Assembly (NCBI RefSeq): GCF_001186125.1
Contig: NW_014040056.1
Location: forward strand, 5,624 to 43,023
Length of the DNA: 37,400 bases
DNA from: Sphaeroforma arctica JP610
Taxonomy: Eukaryota
Direction: 5' to 3'
Below, in pieces: positions 1 through 11,500 of the stretch; the first letter of the stretch is position 1, and each line of letters starts with the position of its first letter. The notes under the pieces were generated by a model. That model was not told the origin of the DNA and ran no database searches. It was given only the letters and a program-made list of their open reading frames with translations. A program made the translations under genes and the position numbers.

Positions 1-135
1 AGTGTTAATTTTGTACACTGTTTATGGTTAATTTTTCAAAGCAATCGAGATGTACAAGTTGACACAAAAAGTTAAATAGACCATGTGTTCATTGTGGTAT
101 GATGTGCATTCATTCAATATATCGTGACGACATAC

Positions 136-648
136 CGTACGTTCGCCCCAGGTTAGAATATATTTACCAGCATTTCTTAACCTCATAACCTCGTTGGCTC
201 CGCCAGGGTACACAATAATATCATCCTTGTTGCGCATGTGAGCACTAGTGACCTCTCTTGTTCCCAGGATGGCCCCAAAATACACAAGTATCACTTTGTG
301 CGGACAATACCAGTGCATATGATCAGCCAGCCCTCGGGGCCAGCGCCCTGTTCGAAGGTACAGAATAGACATGAAGATGGGTACCTCGAACGCGTATGTT
401 TGATGGTTCATCACGAACATAACAGGCCCGTCATCAGGGATTTTCTGCACATCTAGTACAGATACACCATGGAACTTTAAGTAGGCATCAGCTGTTCGTT
501 GTATCCACATAACCGGTGGTTGGAAAACACTGTCTGGTGAGGCGTCACTGAAGATATAAGCGCAATACTCGAGAAACTTCTGTACGGTAACGATGGGGTG
601 CCAAATCAACAGGCTGAGGTAACGGCAAAGCTGGTTCACGACGCTCAT
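136..648 (-). CDS. Acyltransferase of the DGAT2/MOGAT/TMEM68-like (PlsC-fold) group; 5' exon only, gene continues beyond the window's left edge
   Basis: The ORF shows family-type motifs: KIPDDGPVMFVMNHQTYAFEVP, PRGLADHMHW, FGAILGTRE, IIVYPGGANEV, YILTWGERT. A consensus GTATGT donor follows ...GERT (minus strand, 135-130), just before the expected 'GF', so ORF-track residues after this point are intronic. Confidence 0.85.
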
Positions 649-692
649 GTTGGCGTAGATGGTTATATGAGGTGTTGATATCCACCGGCACC

Positions 693-700
693 TATTTATA
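693..700 (-). promoter_or_regulatory. Putative TATA box (TATAAATA) of the acyltransferase gene
   Basis: Plus-strand TATTTATA at 693-700 reads TATAAATA on the minus strand, about 45 nt upstream of the ATG at 648. Confidence 0.45.
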
Positions 701-900
701 GACTCTCACTGCAATATCGTAGCTTAGACCCCTCTCTTCCCCTATATTTATATGTAGTCACAAGTGCAATCCTCGATATTCCGTCGTTGTATTTATGTTC
801 CGTAGCCTTGCAAATGAAGCAAGGCTGTGGATAGTCGTTGTATTATTTATGTAGTAGTTGTAGTTGTTGGTATCAACATCCTTGGCCTTGTGCGACGTGC

Positions 901-972
901 GTCCGGAATTCCGGATTTTAAAAGAATTTATTTACGTGTTCATTTCAGAAGGCCACATCCGGAATTCCGGAT
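901..972. repeat. Two copies of the palindrome TCCGGAATTCCGGA
   Basis: Copies at 902-915 and 958-971; the second extends to the 16-bp perfect palindrome ATCCGGAATTCCGGAT (957-972). Start-to-start spacing is 56 bp. Confidence 0.9.
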
Positions 973-1941
973 AAATAAATGAAAGTTTTTATTATTATAA
1001 AACATTGTTTTGTTGTTTTGACCGTTTTCGTCCCGAGTATGTACGAACTCGTCGGCGTCGTCAAGGAGTATAAAAGAGGTTGCGGCGGATGCGCTACCCT
1101 ACATGCATTAAAAAATGCACTGTCTGATACAGGGTTTAATATGTGATATATTGACAAAAGGAATAGAAGTTGTTCCAGTGTCTGTATCTCCGGCCAACAT
1201 GTATTTCCCAGATAACGAAGTGTGAAGCTTGCACGGTTCCGTAAAATATAGGCATATACAGATGGACCGAATTAAACCGAGTAGGTTGCATCGTCTTAGA
1301 CAATACCTTGTAGATATCGAATAAACCAGACATTACCCTGGATATCTTCCTCTCCGATTGTAACGTAATATATTGCATCATACAACGACGTGCTGGTGCA
1401 AGTTACATTCGCTTGTAGTCCTCAACTGATTTAAATTCGTCCATACGGCCTATGCAGTGGCAAATGAAAGTTGTTCAACCTTAAATTGGCGTTTGGTTGG
1501 TTGAAATGCAATTTGGCTCATTTTAAGGCAACTATTATTGTTCTCTTCTCTGTGAATATTCTAATTTCTTAAATAAATGGTTCTATCAGGTCAATCGTTG
1601 CTTTAAAATACATCTTTGGTGGGATCGCTTATGCATAAAGCTGTCATATCCGGCGGCAAAGTATACTGCAGTCAAGGGTATGATGGAGACGTGAAACAAA
1701 GGTAGATTACATATCTGTCATTGCCTTCTACCGTTATTTTTTTTAACTTAGTTCAGGTACAGCTTTTTCTTCAGTATTGGGCACGTATTGTCTATAGTCT
1801 ATTGGTCCAGCATATATCAATACTGCCCTTTGTCGAATATGGTCGACATTAGGGAACCCTATATTGAGGCAAATCGAAACGGCTCAATCCAGGTACATTT
1901 TGTCTATGTTAAAAACACGGCCCTCTGGATTGAGTCTCTAA

Positions 1942-2020
1942 GGAAAAGTTACATTGTATAAGAAAAAGTTATATCGTATCAGAAAAGTTACATCGTATCA
2001 GAGAGAATGACATTATTCAA
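1942..2020 (+). repeat. Short tandem repeat, ~20-bp unit, ~4 copies
   Basis: Unit AGAAAAAGTTAYATCGTATC repeated with divergence. Confidence 0.75.
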
Positions 2021-2759
2021 GAGACATAATCCAGAGGACCACGATCAAAGGCGTGATATAGTTCAGAATGGCAAAGGTGCGAAGGTCCACAGGTGAATTT
2101 GTATTTTATGTTGAGACAGATGTGTAGTAAATGCCAAATTCCTGTTGGATTTACATATTCATTTTCGGCAGGGCGTGTGGCAGTTTGAAAGAATATTTAG
2201 TGTTTTTGTATACAGGCCCTCGTAGGTATCACTGCTCCCTCTCGAGAGTTTTTATAAAGAGAGAGAGAGAGAGATAATTATCGCTCGGGGTGAAAGTGAA
2301 ACATGATGGATTCTTCCCAAAGGAAGGAAGTTATAATAAATAGCCTAAACATAAGATATATGGGTCTCCATTTGTTTTTTGCTTTTTTTATAAATAAAAT
2401 CAGTTTAACGTCCTGTAAACGTTTGTTAATTTTAAGAGGCTATGACACTGTACATAAATATTTATAACTGAAAGCGTTAGCTAGAAGTCCCTTCCAAACT
2501 TTATTGCTGGGATTTGTGTCACGCTTTTTGACCATATATGGTCATCGGTTTAACGGTATCGTATCGCGTTTTAAGCGGGAAATGAAACCGTTGGATCGTA
2601 AAACTTCTGTTTGGTTTGGTTGTTTTTTTTAAAAGCAAACAAAAACAATTATGAAGTGCTGTAGTTTTATTAAAAACAATTAAGTGCTAGATTCTTTCAA
2701 TATTTTAGAAAAGACAGAAATTATACTTGCACTAAAAAATAGATATTTTAAATGGCACT

Positions 2760-3190
2760 AAAAATCTGAACCACAAAACCAGAAATTAAGTGCACAAAAG
2801 GAGATATTTCAGCCCAAACCTTGAAAATTTGAAATCTGAACGAAACCTTAACGGAAGACGAAGCCCCCCCCCCTTCCCCCCCACGCATTAGAAATCTGAA
2901 CAGAAACCTTAACGGAAATTAATATCTATTTTGAGGCGGGGGGGCTTCGCCACCCCCCCCCCCCCGCCCGCCCCCCGCCTCCAATTTTTACGAATCAGGC
3001 CGATTAACGTTAAGAATTTTAACGATTCGCGTGGACGATTATTAGAATTTAACGATTAACGTCAGCCCAACCCCCCCCACCCCCAGTTCATTACGCGTAT
3101 TCAGTTGTGTCGATTAAATTTTACGAATCCGCCGGGGACGATTAACAGAAAGAATTTTAATTCAACGATTAACGTAAATACATAGAATTT
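2760..3190. repeat. Structured repeat region: GAAATCTGAAC and ACGATTAAC motifs, poly-C/poly-G tracts and a GC stem-loop
   Basis: AAATCTGAAC at ~2762, 2832 and 2892. CGATTAAC recurs between 3001 and 3173. GAGGCGGGGGG (2933-2943) pairs with CCCCCCGCCTC (2971-2981). Confidence 0.7.
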
Positions 3191-3814
3191 AAATCCAGGA
3201 CCGAGTCGTAACGGCCTTTGTAAAATTTGTAAAATCACAACATTAAGTTCAGAGAATGTCCAATTATCGGACAAACTGTTTAAAACACGATGAAATCTGA
3301 CACTGATTATTATACCCCCAGATGGCATATATCATTGCTCGATGCTAGAAGGTGATAGATACCTTTTGCGAACGCTGCTTACCACTTCATCTTACCAGTT
3401 CATAGTACTAGCGTAGTGGGAATGAATGCTAATCACCTATATGGATTCTATGTATGCTTATACCTTTACATATTATAGCTTATAGTGAAATTGGATATAC
3501 GGTTAAGCTTGAGCATTGATAATCATAACTTGGTATCACCCAGATAAAAATACTCTAAATGATAACTTTAATACAACGGCAAATACTCAACGTCAGTATC
3601 TATTTTATACACAGAACAATATCTATTGATATTAGCATGTTTGCTTTACGGTGCGAGTAAGTATAATAACCTAGCGTAGTGTTGCAGTAACTAGATAAGC
3701 GCTCGCGATGTTCAATACATTTTTACAACCATGCTACTGGTTTTAGGCTGGTACTTGAAAATCACCCTAACAATCTGTAAAATGAATGCCTTATGTATAC
3801 CTCACAGTTCATAT

Positions 3815-4590
3815 GACACAAAATACAATCTAACATCTCATAGGTCATATAACTATCACAAGTTTCTGAAAAAAATGTGCAAAATTCAAGTAAACTTCGA
3901 AAATCGACTAATTATACCCAGATGTATTCACTAATGAAAAATAGTCCAGTTGTGTCTTGTTGACTCGAGTGTAGTAGTGGCAACTCGAGTATACTCGTCA
4001 AAACTCGCGAAAGTTGCGAAAGTCGCGAAAGTCGCGAACTTCAGCGGAAGAATACAGGGACTATCTGCAGGTTAGAAAAATCCCCACCGTGTACAGTACC
4101 ATATTGGGGTGCTCTATGGACCTACGGTGGAGAATTTCGAAATTATAATTCTATCAGCAGCTATTTGGCACTGAAGTTTCGCGATTTGACGCGAAATCCC
4201 GCGAATTCCCAGTTTTCACAACCAAATAACAGCCGATAGAGTTGAAATTTCAAAATTTCCTTTTCAAAATTTCCTACCGCAGATCCAAAGGGCTCCCAAA
4301 TATAATACTTCACACGGTGGGGATTATTCTCATAATGCTTAGGGTTTCTGTAACCCTCCGCTGAAGTCGTGATTTTCGCAACTTTTCACGACTGTTCGCG
4401 AGTTTCGCGAGTTTCGCAACTTTGCACGACTATTTACACTTGAGTCTTGTCACAAGAGTGAACTGGACTATCATTGTACTTCTGGGTATATTAAGTCGAT
4501 TTGCGAGATTTTATTGAATATTGCGTACTTTCTACACAGTTGTAACAATTTTGATCCCTGAGCTGATCGGGATGAGATCAAGTATGTGTT
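3815..4590. mobile_element. Long imperfect inverted repeat (foldback/MITE-like non-autonomous element)
   Basis: Mirror-paired blocks around a centre near 4190: ATAGTCCAGT/ACTGGACTAT, ACTTCAGCGGA/TCCGCTGAAGT, AATCCCCACCGTGT/ACACGGTGGGGATT, TCTATCAGCAGCTATTTGG/CCAAATAACAGCCGATAGA, AATCGACTAATTATACCCCAGA/TCTGGGTATATTAAGTCGATT. There are internal TCGCGAAAG sub-repeats and no coding capacity. Confidence 0.75.
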
Positions 4591-5777
4591 TATTACTCGT
4601 CAATACGAACAGTTCGATCTATTTAATGATCAATGGAATGTATTTGTTAATATACATTTGGGTCAACCTCTATAGTAAAATCCCCGCCGGTCTTGAGGTT
4701 TATGTGAACTGATTCTCTCTAATTGGACATTCTTTGAATTGTGGGGGTTTTTTTTTGGAAATTTAAGAAGCTTACGGCTAGCTCCAGGAAAGATTAACCC
4801 TATTTTTTTCCCGATCCAATTCATAGCCTTCTGAAAATTAAACAGAAGGCTATGTCCAATTTCATACTTCTCTTTACTATCGTACTCCACCCATCCGTTT
4901 CTTTCCTCCCTGTCTACGCTTTTAAGTCCCCTTGTCGGAGACATGTTTTATGTGTAAAACTAGTTGCAAGAAAAAACAAATCTTTTTATACATGTGGCTG
5001 GTGTCAGTGTGTGTCAGAGTGTCACTGTCACACTACCTTGTGACTTGTCTCAACGAGTTGTGACTTGTGACTTGTGATTCAGTTGTGAGTTCAAACCATT
5101 TTTTTTATTAAAATATACCATCTCCTCTTTATTTTTATTTATTTACCGCAAAAGTTTTCGAGTATTTACCGTAGGCGACCGTCACGTCGTCACCGAATTC
5201 ACGGACGTAGTCATAGTTTTAGAATTGACCAATCATATCTCGTCAATATATAAATAGTACACGATTTAACTCTTTGTGTTATATACATAAACTGAGACGG
5301 ACTACCAGTTTTAATTCTTACCCCTAACTTAGGACTTTCGAGTGTCGACCAAAAACTGTAGTTTACGACATATTTTACGACATAATCCTATATTCCTTAG
5401 AATCAATGATTGAAGTTTCAACCCCGAATAGTCATTGGCGAATGGAGATTGGAGAGGGGTGTTTGTTTTCATCCCAATATTTCGCCGAAATCAGGAAACC
5501 TGTCAAACTAGTCTGTGTAAATACTCTCTTGTGTGTAGTATGTGCCTGTGTGGTGATGAAAGGAATTATGTAGGTGACGAAGAACTGACGAGCTATTCTA
5601 TACTTTCTAAATATAGAGAAGCTCTCTTGTCGCTTCGGTTAGACTTGGATACGTACACAATCCTGCACACTCGTTGTACGTTACAGGTCTCAGACACACG
5701 CTAAGACACCCGGAGACTCGCGTTGAGTTCAGCATATTCGGTTCTTCATCATTAATACCGCATACAGCTAGCCAACC

Positions 5778-5879
5778 ATGAATCTAAGGAAATTTTCTGC
5801 GATTGCTCTGGCATCGCTTGTGCACTGCGTGACTGCTGAAGAAATCCAGGCTGTTGGTGGTGCTGAGCCGGCAGTACAG
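5778..5879 (+). CDS. ERP44: ERp44 exon 1 (signal peptide)
   Basis: CCAACCATG start context; [22 protein letters not shown] is signal-peptide-like; donor CAG|GTATGC, phase 0. Confidence 0.8.
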
Positions 5880-6113
5880 GTATGCGGGATTGCAATAGTA
5901 GTATGGTTAGAGAAGTTATCTACGATTGGTTTTAGCATAGGGCAACGAGTGTCTTTGTTCACTATCGTTGTACTCGAAGACTTACAAACAACAACAGAAC
6001 ATTACTGGCATACCAATATTACCACATATTCACACCAGTTCACATCTGTGAAACTAAGTGTATATAAAAATATAAGTATATACATAACTCTTATATATAA
6101 ATACTATATATAC

Positions 6114-6155
<42 letters not shown>

Positions 6156-6165
6156 ATATGCATAT

Positions 6166-6206
<41 letters not shown>

Positions 6207-6602
6207 TTGTGTGTATATATATATATGCATATTAAACATATATATATGTGTGTGTATGTGTGTGTGTGTGTGTTTTATGTTTACGTATGTATGGATGTAT
6301 ATATGTGCGTGTGTGTGTGTGTGTGTGTGTGTTATGTGTACGTATGTATGGATGTATATATATATATATTCGTCTGTGCAAATTTATATGCTTGTGTCTA
6401 ATTCTGGGTCTGGGTCTTTGGGTGTGTGTGTGTGTACGTATGTGTCCGTATGTGTGTGTACGTATGTGTGTGTGTACGTATGTGTACGTATGTGTGTGTT
6501 TTATATATGTAAATATATATATGTACATATGTACATATGTGTGTGTACACGTAGAATGTGTGTCTGTGTGTACTTGTATATATGTGTATGTATATATGTA
6601 TT

Positions 6603-6650
<48 letters not shown>

Positions 6651-6658
6651 CTTATATG

Positions 6659-6691
<33 letters not shown>

Positions 6692-6797
6692 GTATACATA
6701 TATATATTGTATTTATATGCAATTATATGTATATGTATTTATATATATATAATATTTTTATATAAATATACATATTATATATATATATATATTATAG

Positions 6798-6869
<72 letters not shown>

Positions 6870-8484
6870 GAATCATAATGATAGTTATAATCATTATTAT
6901 GAATATAATACTGTAGTTATATCAGTAGATTAATATGAAGAATGTGTACACGTATTCATAAATATGGTTCATAAAATATGTTATATGTTTGTACGTAAAT
7001 ACATATGCGTTTAGTTTACATAAACATATACACATACACATACGCATTTTTGTATACATAAGAATTCAACCTTTCATATTTCATAATTACAACTGTATGT
7101 GTATCTAGTTTTTTTTCATATATATACGTTTTATGTATTTATAAACAGTATTTGTATTTAAAATCTATTTTTGGTCATGGTCATCGACATGTATATACGC
7201 ACAGACATACCTTGTCCGTTACCTGGTATCTATATTGCTGATATCCAATTGATATTGATATATCTGCGAATACATATCGACCTGTGTTGATGGTATCTTG
7301 GTTGTGAGTAAGCGAGTGCCCAGTAGGTCACCATCTAACCTGATACATCTCCCGCATACACATACACACACCCTGCACGCACATGCGCCCACAGGCATAT
7401 GTGTTTATATACCTACCACACATCGATCCAAATCCATCCTATCAACCCCCAATCAGTTGAAACATACACTAAGCTAAAGAGTACCTTACACACGCTAAGC
7501 TATTGCGTGTCTTTCTTCTTTCCCATGGTGCCTCAGGCTCATGGCCCTGTGGATCTGAATGCCGAAAACTTCCAACAACATCTGGACAAGTACGAATACA
7601 CCCTCGTGGCCTTTGGCGCTCCCTGGTGTCCGTACTCTAATGCTTTGCAGCCGGTGTTGGCGCAGTTGTCACAGGTACCGACATATACGTATAGATACAT
7701 ATAAATATATATCGACATATACGTATAGATACATATAAATATATATCGACATGTACGTAAAGATGCATATAAATATATATCGACATATACGTGTAGATAC
7801 AAATAAATATATATCGACATATATGTATATATGCATATAAATATATATCGACATATACGTATAGATACATATAAATATATGTTTATATGTATGTATAAAT
7901 ATATATAAATATACGTTTATATGTATGTATGTTCTGCTTCACTGGATCTCTCTCGCTGTTCCATATTATTCTCGCCTGATAACGGCCCCAGAGGACCATC
8001 ACTAAATAAACACATACACTTACTCACCCCACCGTCTGTCTATACCTCTCACCACCCACAGGTGACTCAGGAACAGACTAACTTCGCTGTAGGGCGCGTC
8101 AACTGTGACGACCAGAAAGCAGTGTGTCAGCACAACCAGATCACCAAGTACCCCACCATCAAGTTCATTCAGGAGGGTATCACACGACCTCAGGAGTACA
8201 GGAGTGCGCGAACGGTCGGGGCTTTACAGGTGTGTGTGTGTGCTGTGCGTGCATAAGATGGTGGGTGTATGATTTATACTACTTGTAATGCGTATTTATG
8301 TATTGCGAGATTGATATTTCGTGCTAGGAAGAGCAATTGGTTTAATTGTGGATGTGTATGAAGTTGGTAATAAGGGTTATTTAATCCTGGGCCTAGATAT
8401 GTATTGTGTTTACTTGGTCCTTTGAATTGGATACCACCTGTGTTCACGAAAAGTCTACTTAAAGTTCGACCCTGGGCCGATCAC

Positions 8485-8516
<32 letters not shown>

Positions 8517-11500
8517 ATACATATCCATATATATATATAAGTCTGTTCAGGAGAGCGTTCAAAGGCTCCAGTGCGCAGTTTAGTGACTGGATTGCTCTTT
8601 GTCCTCATTTTCGAATGTGCGGTGCACTTATACACCCTCATTTGGAAACTGCACTGCTGCATATGCATCAGTAGCTACTTCCTGCGTATGTATGTATGAA
8701 TATATATAACTATATATATATATACACTGATTCCTTGTGTACACACATATATCAAACCCTGAACCCTAACCCCCGAACAGACATACATTAAGAAAGAGAT
8801 GGAGCCTGTGGTGGCCCCACTAGGCAACTTGGACGTTGATACGCACTTAGCAGAGAACAAAGCCAAGAAGGTAGTGATTGCAAAGTTTAGACATGGGCGA
8901 GACACGGGCGACTTCAAGGCGTTCGATAACATGGCCAAGACACTCAGGGGGCACTGCCAGTTCTACCACACAGATCAGGACCATCACTTCGAGGGTGAGT
9001 GGATGGGGTGTACACACCAGAATTAGAGTATATATTGTTATATATATATATATATATATATGTTGTCCTATTGTTAAAACTGTGATATTGTTATATAAGC
9101 ATGGACAAGTTTACCCTCTTTACCTTGTTTGTATATATATATTCCAGGCTTTACACGTCCGGATGTATATCATTGATGGTACACACGCTCATACTTTTTA
9201 CATATCCTTGTAACCTCATCAGGCACCTATTCGTCTTCATCAGCCCACATATCCTGATACGCGAATGCGAATCAAATGTGATTGTGTATCCACCTTCACA
9301 TACACGACACATATGTCAGGTAACCTAAACCCAATCCCTAAAACCCACCATATACCCCAAACCCCAATATTAGGTGCGGTGGGCAACCGATTGATTGTCC
9401 TGAAGAAACATGACGACCATGAAATGTATCCCGACCAGAACCCCGACGCAGAAGTACTAGACGACACAACTACCGCACACCTCAACGAGTGGCTGCAAGC
9501 ACAGTGCAAGCCACTGATTGACGAGCTCACTTTCGAGAATAGCGAGGCCCTGGTACGTTGGCGTCCGTGTGTGTGTGTGTAAGTATGTATATGTATGCGT
9601 ATAATATATATATATATATATTATGTGTGTGTGTAGGTACGTATGTTTATGCGTAATATATGTCATATGTATGTTTGTGTGTGTGTGCTTATGTGCGTAT
9701 GTGTTTGTTTGCGTTGAATGACATGAACGGTACAACCCACGAGAGTGACATTTGTACTATATATATATATATAGACATTACATGGTTCAGCGTCGTACAT
9801 TTCCTATTATATAGCCCATTGTTCTGATATCATGGCTTTGTGTTGCTGCAGGTGGAGGAAGGGAAACCGTTGATGATACTGTTCACTAAGCCAGACGATA
9901 GCGAGAGCCGAGAGATTTTCAAGAAGGCTGTGCGTGACCTAGTTGCGCACGAAGCTTCACGGTACTGCAAAGACTTGTGCGTATGCATGTTCGCTCTGTA
10001 TTGCGTGGATGAGTGATGTGCTTGTAGTACTTACTTCTGTATCCATGTCGCGTTGTATTTATTTGGTATATTTATGTGAATATTTGTATTTTTGTTTGTT
10101 GTATGTATGTAGGTAGGTAGGTAGATATATGAATTTGTTTACGTTCTATTTGCAGATTGGCTTCTATACACATTCACGCATATGTACACCTACATAACTA
10201 TAAACACATGTGCATTCATACACACCTTAACCACCAGTGTTGTACGTCCACACACAGCCAACCAGTGTATCATACCTACACCCATGAACCCATCTACACC
10301 CAAGCCTTACGCATACTATGTATACGCCCACCTATCCCCTTCTCCACACCCATCGCCAATCCATCCCCATCTCCGTCTGCGCAGTGTCAAGTTCCTGGTG
10401 GCCGATGGCACGCAGTTTAAGCACCCGCTACAGCACATCTCTAAGACCATGGATGATCTGCCTGTGCTAGCCGTAGACTCGTTCAAGCACATGTATGACT
10501 TCGGCGACTTCCGGGACCTGCAGCACTCGGGGCGTATCCAGACGTTCATCAACAATCTATTCAACAACCAGCTGCATGAGCGCTTCCACCACGGGGACAT
10601 GACGGCCAAGGTAAGCGTATGCAAAGCATGGACGAACGACCCGTGAAGCCCTGAGCGTGCTATAGACGGGTGTGTGGAGGTGCAGGTGTATGCAGGCGGG
10701 GTGCTGGCTGTTATTTGTAGGTATCGTCGCGTGTGGTTGTCATGTTGACGCGGGCTGCATGGGGAGTGGACGCTGATGGGCAGGTTTGCTATATGGAACA
10801 ATGCACTGGCGCTTTCCATTGACCTTCCCATAGTATCATATATTCAATCCACACATGCTTGTACTGTAGCTGTTGCCATTGACCTTCCCTGTAGTTGTTC
10901 CTATTGGTTTCCTACATCCCTCGTCGCATCTACGCTGTGCTTGCGTTGGCTGTGTACGTGTTGAACGTTTATAACGCTGACTCCCTCGTTGTATGTGTGA
11001 TCATATTTTTCCAATTATCGTGCATGTGTTTGTGGGGATGATCATACTTTTCAATTATCATGCATGTGTATGTGGGGATTATCATGAATTTTCATGCAGG
11101 TGTATGTGGGTATTCTCATACTTTTATATTATCATGCATGTGTATGTGGGGATGATCATACTTTTCCAATTATCATGAATGTGTATGTGGGTATTCTCAT
11201 ACTTTTCTATTATCATGCATCTGTATGTGGGGATGATCATACTTTTCCAATTATCATGAATGTGTATGTGGGTATTCTCATACTTATCTATTATCATGCA
11301 TGTGTATGTGGGGATGACCATACTTTTCCAATTATCATGTATGTGTATGTGGGGATGATCATACTTCTCCAATTATCATGCATGTGTATGTGGGTATTCT
11401 CATACTTATCTATTATCATGCATTTGTATGTGGGTATTCTCATACTTTTCTATTATCATGCATGTGTGTGTGGGGATTCTCATACGTTGCTATTTGTGTG

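Noticed and set aside
5180..5480. UPR/ERSE-like elements upstream of ERp44 (CACGTC, several CCAAT/ATTGG)
   Set aside because: No complete CCAAT-N9-CCACG or TGACGTGG match; the short motifs are expected by chance.
5880..6916. Long C/V/Y/I-rich ORFs, including the extension of the 5778 ORF to 6401
   Set aside because: They are translations of TA/TG microsatellite in intron 1; the true exon ends at the GTATGC donor at 5880.
8754..8775. Telomere-like AAACCCTGAACCCTAACCCC
   Set aside because: Only 2-3 degenerate units; better explained as the CCTAAC branch-point region of intron 3.
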